A DNA stretch of 64,000 nt. It comes from a virus. The notes under the pieces are model-generated. The model was not told the DNA's origin. It saw nothing but the letters and a program-made list of their open reading frames with translations, and did not search any database. Below are positions 58,534 to 64,000 of this stretch, one piece after another. The stretch lies in the IMG/VR virus record IMGVR_UViG_3300048999_000056, positions 1 to 64,000 of that record. One strand, 5' to 3'. The position numbers and the translations under genes are program-made. Every line of letters starts with the position of its first letter. Within the stretch, counting starts at the first letter, position 1.

Positions 58534-59045
58534 AGCCATTGCCATGTTTTGCGGTGTTTGATTGCATGAACGGTTGCGACGCAGATATTGTATGAGCCGG
58601 CAATCTTGGCAAAAGATAACTGTCCTGCCTGTAGAAGTGCGCGGATTTCTAGGACATCAGCTTCGCTCAACTTGGATTGGCGTATCTCGGTTCCGTATGC
58701 CTGTTTACCGTGCCGTTGCTTGTCTAGGTTATTTTGGCGTCTAGTTGCCCATCTGACGTTCGACGCTCTATTGTTCATTCTGTCGGAATCCCAGTGTGCC
58801 ACTTCATGTTTGGTCGATGGTCGCGGACCATGGAATGCTGTGCATACGAGCACATGGATGCCAACGTGCTGTTTTCTGCCGTTTACGTCGATGATGTTCG
58901 TGAAGAGGTAGCCGTTATTCTGCGGAATAACTGGCGCCAAGGGTGCTGAGTGATAAGGACTCCTGATCCGACCATAGCTGCTTGCTTCGTAACCGGGAAA
59001 TCCCGGAATTGATCGCCACTGCTCCGGCAATGCGCGTCGTATCAT
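58530..59045 (-). CDS. NUMOD4-HNH homing endonuclease
   Basis: WRSIPGFPGYEASSYGRIR, H.LVC.AFHG, VAHWD....NN...N.RWAT...N. Confidence 0.9.
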   Translation of the reverse strand: MIRRALPEQWRSIPGFPGYEASSYGRIRSPYHSAPLAPVIPQNNGYLFTNIIDVNGRKQHVGIHVLVCTAFHGPRPSTKHEVAHWDSDRMNNRASNVRWATRRQNNLDKQRHGKQAYGTEIRQSKLSEADVLEIRALLQAGQLSFAKIAGSYNICVATVHAIKHRKTWQWL

Positions 59046-59081
59046 GGCTTCCCTCCGTTCTCTGAATAGGGTATACCACGC

Positions 59082-59537
59082 GTGAATCCTAATACCATCG
59101 ATCTCACGCCGATCATCAATGCGCTGATCGCTGTCGCAGCGGCGATGATCGCGCCGTCAGCCGCGCTGCTCCTGGCATGGCTGCGCTCGCGCAAGCATTG
59201 GAAAATTCTTGAAGACGCGCAGATGAATCAAGTGATCACCGAGTCAGCGCAACGCCTCGGGGCAGCGTTTCTGACCAAAGTACAGAAAGCAGGAGAATCC
59301 GTCCATGATGTTGACGTTGGCAACCCGGAGCTGGCGCTGTTCGCCAACAGGATCATCAGCGGCTATCCTGGCTTCGTGGCAAGGCTCGGCTACACGCCGG
59401 ATAAAGTGGCTGCAGTCATCCTCGATGAAGCGCAACGCCTTGGGCATCTGTCGCCGACCGTGCCTGCGCCCGCGCCAAGCGCGCAAGGCGCCATGCGTCT
59501 AGCTGCCGCCGCCCCCAACATTCAGGCGTATCCATGA
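59082..59537 (+). CDS. Holin-like membrane protein
   Basis: IDLTPIINALIA N-terminal TM followed by a basic patch; near the endolysin gene. Confidence 0.55.
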   Translation: MNPNTIDLTPIINALIAVAAAMIAPSAALLLAWLRSRKHWKILEDAQMNQVITESAQRLGAAFLTKVQKAGESVHDVDVGNPELALFANRIISGYPGFVARLGYTPDKVAAVILDEAQRLGHLSPTVPAPAPSAQGAMRLAAAAPNIQAYP

Positions 59538-60049
59538 AACGCCGCAACATCCTTTCATTGCCGGTCAGTATCGCGCTGACAACATGCGCGGGCAACCTGA
59601 CGATCAGTCAGGCCGTCGAGGACGTGGCGCTGATCGCGGACGGCTTTCTCGGGGTGCTGCCGAACATTGTCGGCATAGCCGGTCTGAGCACAGACGATCT
59701 AACACGCGCTGCAGGCTGGATTGCCGACCTCCACACGCTCGCGGTGCGGCTCAGGGAAGCCACCACAGCTGCCGAGGCGGCGCCGATCGTCCGACAGGTC
59801 CAAGGGACGCTGGGACGGCTCGCGGGCATCCTGGCGTTCTTCCCCGTGCCTGCTCCGGTGGTGCTGGCGCTGCAGATGGCGCAGGCGCTGGTGCCGCTGG
59901 TGTACGCCGCATTCAACGTGCCGCAGCCGCAGGCGCCGAACCGGGCGCTTGCCCGCTTCACCTCGCCATCGGTGACGCCTGATCAGGCGCGGGCGACTCT
60001 GAAACAACTAGCCACGAGGTCACACAATGCCAGCGATGAAGTTAGGTAA
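59534..60049 (+). CDS. Putative lipoprotein/membrane protein in the lysis region
   Basis: MKRR..ALTTCAG lipobox-like N-terminus. Confidence 0.5.
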   Translation: MKRRNILSLPVSIALTTCAGNLTISQAVEDVALIADGFLGVLPNIVGIAGLSTDDLTRAAGWIADLHTLAVRLREATTAAEAAPIVRQVQGTLGRLAGILAFFPVPAPVVLALQMAQALVPLVYAAFNVPQPQAPNRALARFTSPSVTPDQARATLKQLATRSHNASDEVR

Positions 60050-60797
60050 ACGCGCCGCTGTTGACGATCCGCGCATTCCGCGTATGTCAGTAGCGACGCA
60101 AGGCAAGCTGCCGTTTCCGCCCGCCAACGTGAACTGGTATGCGGCTGTCGGCGAGTGGGGCATGCTCGGCAATGACACGGTCGGCGATTGTGTCGAGGCC
60201 GCTGGCCTGCACGCGATGCTGCAGATGTCCACTTACGCTGGTGATCGGTCGATACCGACTACTGCGGACGCGTTGAAGTGGTACGAGGCGACCGGGTGGC
60301 GACCGGACGATCCATCAACCGATCAGGGGAGCTACGTTCTAGGACCAGAAGGTATGCTGCCCTGGTGGCATCTCAACGACGTTCCTTGCGGCGGACGGAC
60401 GACGCGGCTCGACGCATTCATGCAGATCAAGCAGAAGAACGTGACGGAATGGCGCCAAGGCATCTGGATATTCGGCGGTCTGCTGCTCGGCATACAGCTG
60501 CCGGAAGCGATTGTGTCCGGTATTCAAATCCCTTATGTCTGGTCGGAGTTCGGCGGCCCGATTGCTGGCGGTCACGAAATCTGGGTGCCTGGCTACCAGC
60601 AAAACGGATCGAGCCGGCTCTACGACCTGATCTCGTGGGGGCAGCGGTTCCGTGCTACCGAGGAGTTCCTGCTCAATTGCGTTGACGAATGCGTGGTGAT
60701 CGTGGACAACCGCGAGATGAACAAGCGCGGCGTCAATGCAGCTGGTCTGAGCTACACGCAACTGACGAATGACCTCAAGCTGATCAACAGAGGCTGA
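60027..60797 (+). CDS. Papain-like cysteine peptidase
   Basis: MLGND..GDC..A, D.G, GGH, GY, SWG. Confidence 0.7.
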   Translation: MPAMKLGKRAAVDDPRIPRMSVATQGKLPFPPANVNWYAAVGEWGMLGNDTVGDCVEAAGLHAMLQMSTYAGDRSIPTTADALKWYEATGWRPDDPSTDQGSYVLGPEGMLPWWHLNDVPCGGRTTRLDAFMQIKQKNVTEWRQGIWIFGGLLLGIQLPEAIVSGIQIPYVWSEFGGPIAGGHEIWVPGYQQNGSSRLYDLISWGQRFRATEEFLLNCVDECVVIVDNREMNKRGVNAAGLSYTQLTNDLKLINRG

Positions 60798-60799
60798 CC

Positions 60800-61255
60800 A
60801 TGGCAATTCTCAACGCAACAGCCGGCATATCAGGTGTCGGCAGGCTGACGGCAATCGCTGCGGCAAAGGAAACAGCGACGGCGGTCCTGTCGGGCAATGC
60901 CAGCGTATTTGTCAACGCTGTCAATGCGCTGCATCTGGCGAGCCCGCCAAACTATCCGATTCCGCCGCAGGCGGATGACGCTGCGCCTGTCTTTCTTGTC
61001 GATCCGGCAACCGGTGCCGCAGTCGGCGCAACAGGACCGTACGCAAACGCACTGCCGGTGACGCCGGCCGATGTCGGCTCACTGCCGGCAACCACGCGTG
61101 CGTTGTGGATCGGCGGTGCCGGTAACGTGACGGTTGACACTCTTGGCGGACAGACAGTCACGCTGACCGCAGTGGCAGCAGGAACATTGCTGCCACTGCA
61201 AGTCTCGCGTGTCCGTGCGGCGACAACGGCGACGTTGGTCGTCGCGTTGTGGTGA
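60800..61255 (+). CDS. Head-spike base protein-like (RcGTA Rcc01079 family)
   Basis: VTP.D...L....RALWIGGAGNV.V....G..VT......G..LP..V.RV....TA..VVALW. Confidence 0.7.
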   Translation: MAILNATAGISGVGRLTAIAAAKETATAVLSGNASVFVNAVNALHLASPPNYPIPPQADDAAPVFLVDPATGAAVGATGPYANALPVTPADVGSLPATTRALWIGGAGNVTVDTLGGQTVTLTAVAAGTLLPLQVSRVRAATTATLVVALW

Positions 61256-61256
61256 T

Positions 61257-62261
61257 GCCTGCGCTGACGGGTCGCACCCTGCCGCGCCTAACCGTGTCGG
61301 GCGATGCCTGCCAAGCCCTGACAATCCACGTCTTGCGTTGCCGTGCCGTGCCGGGCCTGCCGGGTCAAGCCGGGACCTTCCGAGCGTTGCGATGCCGCGT
61401 CTGCCCCGCCATGACATGCCTTGCCGTTGCGAGCGTAGCCTTGCCTGCGCTGTCTTGCCGTGACGGACCTAGCCGCGCTCTGCCCTGTCGAGCCTGCCAT
61501 GCCATGCCCTGACGATCTATGCCATCCCGAGCCGAGCCTAGCCAGCCACGTCAAGCCGTGCCTTGACACGTCTTTCCAAGCCTAGCCGAGCCGAGTCTGC
61601 GTTGACCTGCCAATCGATACCTCGCCGTGCCAAGCCGCGTCTGCCCTGCCTCGGCCTGCCGAACGATACCATGCCCTGCAGACCCATGCCTGCGATGCCG
61701 GAACGTGCCCTGCGCTCTCGTGCCACGTCACCACGTACCCTGCCTGCGCCGCCTCAACGCGTCCTACCGAGCCAAGCCGAGACAAGCCTGCGATGCGGCG
61801 CCTAGCCTCGCCTCGACGGATGTCGCCTCGCCTAGCCTGCGTTGCCACAACCAGCCCCCCGAGATCAGGCGAACCCAGCGTGTCCAAGCCTGCCACGCGC
61901 CGCCCGGACTGCCCTTGCCTATCGGTGTCGCCCCGAGCCGGCCGCGCCCTGCCTCGCCCAGTCTCGTCCTGCCAGGACGTGCCTTGCCTGCCCCGTCGTG
62001 ACGTGCCCAGCGCGGCGTAGCCGAGCCTGCCATGCCATGACCGGTCTAGTCCCGCCTAACCATAGCGGGCCGCGCCTGCCCCGCCATCCGGGCGTCGCCT
62101 TGCCGAGCCTTGTCGAACCATGCCTGCGACGCCTTGCCACGGCGTTACGCGTCTAGCCGCACCTTGCCGAGCCTGCGACGCGATGCCTTGCCAAGCCACG
62201 TCGCAACCCGCCAAGCCTGCGTTGCCATCCCTCGAATTGCCCAGCCAACGCTAACCCTGCC
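61257..62261 (-). repeat. GGY-NN pentamer array 4 (about 20 units), downstream of the RAMP-like operon
   Basis: Minus-strand unit 62173-62125 reads GGCTC GGCAA GGTGC GGCTA GACGC GTAAC GCCGT GGCAA GGCGT CGCA; linkers at 62123, 62172 and 62216 (spacings 49, 44). Confidence 0.9.
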
Positions 62262-62276
62262 CTGTACACAAGGCGA

Positions 62277-62292
62277 GGCGGCCGAAGCCGCC
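62277..62292 (-). other. C(UUCG)G tetraloop hairpin at the 5' side of array 4
   Basis: Minus strand reads GGCGGC-TTCG-GCCGCC; no U-tract follows. Confidence 0.7.
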
Positions 62293-62317
62293 CCGTTAGT
62301 GTTAGATATTATGACTG

Positions 62318-62839
62318 CTACTGTCTGCGGCGCTTTCGCCCTGCCTTGCGGTCGGGGCCTTTGCGTGCTGGCGACTTCACCGTGCCACCTTCCAGCTGAT
62401 CCTGCCGGCGCCGCTCCAGTTCGGCAATCCGCTGGCCTTCATCGAACAGGCGCGACATTTCGGTCAACCGCTGATACTTGATATGGAAGCGGTTGAAGTC
62501 ATCTAGCGCGTCCTTCAACATGACGCGCCGCAAGTCACGATCGGGCAGAATGCGATCAAGCGGACGATAACCGCCGCCCGCGTGACGATCGATACTCAAC
62601 GAGATCATGGTGCGCTGCCCGGTATCGTCAACAACATGAATGGCAATCAGGCGGCGTATCTGGTCGAGCCGATAGCGGTATCCTGCCTTGGCGTCTTCCC
62701 ATTCGAGTTCTTCATGCAGTGCCGAGCTGGGATGCGTAGCAGCCCAGTCGTGCACCACCTTGACGTAGAGATTGCCATCGGGATCGAGCCGGCGCAGCGC
62801 CTCCAGTTCCTGCTGGATGCGCGCCGTGGATTCAAGCAT
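62318..62839 (-). CDS. Conserved phage protein, candidate accessory factor of the RAMP/array system
   Basis: AGGAGG RBS; S.LH..LEW.D..A...YRL.Q.R.LI and L..AL.....F..KY..L motifs. Confidence 0.75.
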   Translation of the reverse strand: MLESTARIQQELEALRRLDPDGNLYVKVVHDWAATHPSSALHEELEWEDAKAGYRYRLDQIRRLIAIHVVDDTGQRTMISLSIDRHAGGGYRPLDRILPDRDLRRVMLKDALDDFNRFHIKYQRLTEMSRLFDEGQRIAELERRRQDQLEGGTVKSPARKGPDRKAGRKRRRQ

Positions 62840-63080
62840 TGTTCGGCCTCCTGGTTGAACGCGCGGCCCAGCCGATAGCGTTCGCCAGATCGCCTTTTTC
62901 CATTGCCAGCTCATACTTGTTGAGTGCGAGCATGTGTTGCGTGAACTTGCGCTCGCGCCGTGCCCATGTGCCAATACGCCGCTTCCTCCGAGGCGGCGTT
63001 TCCTGCAATGCTTTCTCCTTCAGCGCCTCTTGTGCGAGGCGCTGCCCTTCACGGGTTATGTTTTTCAACCGGCTAAGCAT
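62832..63080 (-). CDS. Small basic hypothetical protein
   Basis: 8-nt overlaps with both flanking genes. Confidence 0.55.
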   Translation of the reverse strand: MLSRLKNITREGQRLAQEALKEKALQETPPRRKRRIGTWARRERKFTQHMLALNKYELAMEKGDLANAIGWAARSTRRPNNA

Positions 63081-63948
63081 TGCTGTTGACTACGTCCCAC
63101 AAGCCCCAGTCCAGACCGTTGGAGTTCGGCGAGGAGGGCCGCCCCTCGCCGACGCCGACCTGCATACCGGCAATCGCCATCAGGTTGACCACGTCGGTTG
63201 CCGAGAACTGCCGCGCGTCCCAGCGGACGGTCACGGCGGCGTTCCACTTTTCCCACATAGGCCGGTGGCGGATATCGGCAACGCCTGATGCGTTGCGGGC
63301 TGGCGCCTCGTGCAGCCGTGGCGTGCCGTTGATCTTGACGAGCGGCTGCCCATCCTGATCGAGTCCGTCCGGCACGATGAACAACGACAGCTTGGCGCGT
63401 GTCATCGTGAAGCCGGCAAGGCGGCACGCGTCAATCATCGCGTTGCGGAAAGCCGGCGCCGGAATGCCGTGCCATCCGTCACGCGCGATATGCTGCGCCA
63501 GACGGTAGATTTCTTCGAAGTCCTTCGGCTCGCGACGGCGGCGTGACTTTTCGCCCTGCGAACCCGCCTTCTGCCGCTCCACCATCATGTTGACGGCTTT
63601 CTGGCTGAATTTGTGTTGCACGTAAGGCGTAGAGCCTCTGATGTAGACGATGCCGCGATCGAACTGCGGCGGTTGAATGACGACGCGCGTCACCTTGCCG
63701 CTCAACACGCCAACCGTGCCTTGCTCCATGGTGCTGTCGAGCGTTTCGATCGGGATCGGCGAGGCGGGTATCCTGCCGAAATTGTCGGTGTTGCGCATTG
63801 ACGGCCCGGCTACTGCACCCTTGCCGTTCTTGCCCTTGCCGTTCCGACCGATCGTCGCCTCACGTTCCGCCAGCAGGTCCGCAACCGGATTGCCGCCAGC
63901 GTGCGCCGCCTCGAATGCGGCTTTCTGCTGTCTCTCGTCGCGTGACAT
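63073..63948 (-). CDS. Stand-alone RAMP/Cas7-like RNA-binding protein
   Basis: I.G.TP first strand, GIPAPAFRNAMIDAC (compare RAMP IP.S..KG..R), thumb-like segment ending R.RP.W..W, Gly-rich loop AG..VGVGEGRP......WG.W. Confidence 0.7.
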   Translation of the reverse strand: MSRDERQQKAAFEAAHAGGNPVADLLAEREATIGRNGKGKNGKGAVAGPSMRNTDNFGRIPASPIPIETLDSTMEQGTVGVLSGKVTRVVIQPPQFDRGIVYIRGSTPYVQHKFSQKAVNMMVERQKAGSQGEKSRRRREPKDFEEIYRLAQHIARDGWHGIPAPAFRNAMIDACRLAGFTMTRAKLSLFIVPDGLDQDGQPLVKINGTPRLHEAPARNASGVADIRHRPMWEKWNAAVTVRWDARQFSATDVVNLMAIAGMQVGVGEGRPSSPNSNGLDWGLWDVVNSNA

Positions 63949-64000
63949 AGGTCCGCGCTTGCCGGGCTCGCGTGCCCAAACGGCCGGCTCAACGTCTTCG

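Noticed and set aside
61079-62481. ORFs across array 4, and likewise 27740-28375 and 29805-30114
   Set aside because: Same repeat-derived shadow ORFs.
1-64000. tRNA, rRNA, integrase/att sites, IS elements
   Set aside because: None recognised by eye; a tRNAscan or Infernal run would be needed to exclude small RNAs.

Overview
The window is about 64 kb of a GC-rich tailed phage or prophage with a contractile tail. The host is probably an alphaproteobacterium, inferred from the style of pyrF, the receiver domain and the CBM-like genes. Most of it is a + strand late region running NusG-like regulator, TerS/TerL, DUF1073 portal, an accessory block (lone receiver domain, HNH, GH13, pyrF, beta-propeller, Nudix/ADP-ribosyltransferase polyvalent protein), head, neck, sheath/tube, tape measure, baseplate, large Fn3/glycoside-hydrolase/SPRY appendage proteins, GT9 and lysis genes. 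The standout is non-coding: four arrays (3526-5449 on +; 27829-28323, 29889-30112 and 61257-62261 on -; about 3.6 kb, very roughly 70 units) built from GGY-NN pentamers and punctuated by a 4-nt (C/T/G)GCA linker into units of 44/49/54/59 nt. Three arrays have a shared GTATATA-N5-TGGCA leader. The fourth lies directly downstream of, and co-directional with, a three-gene operon headed by a stand-alone RAMP/Cas7-like gene (63073-63948). I interpret this as a candidate non-CRISPR, RNA-guided phage system. It resembles my unverified recollection of the recently described VIPR-type systems. All family assignments come from motif recognition by eye; no database searches were run.
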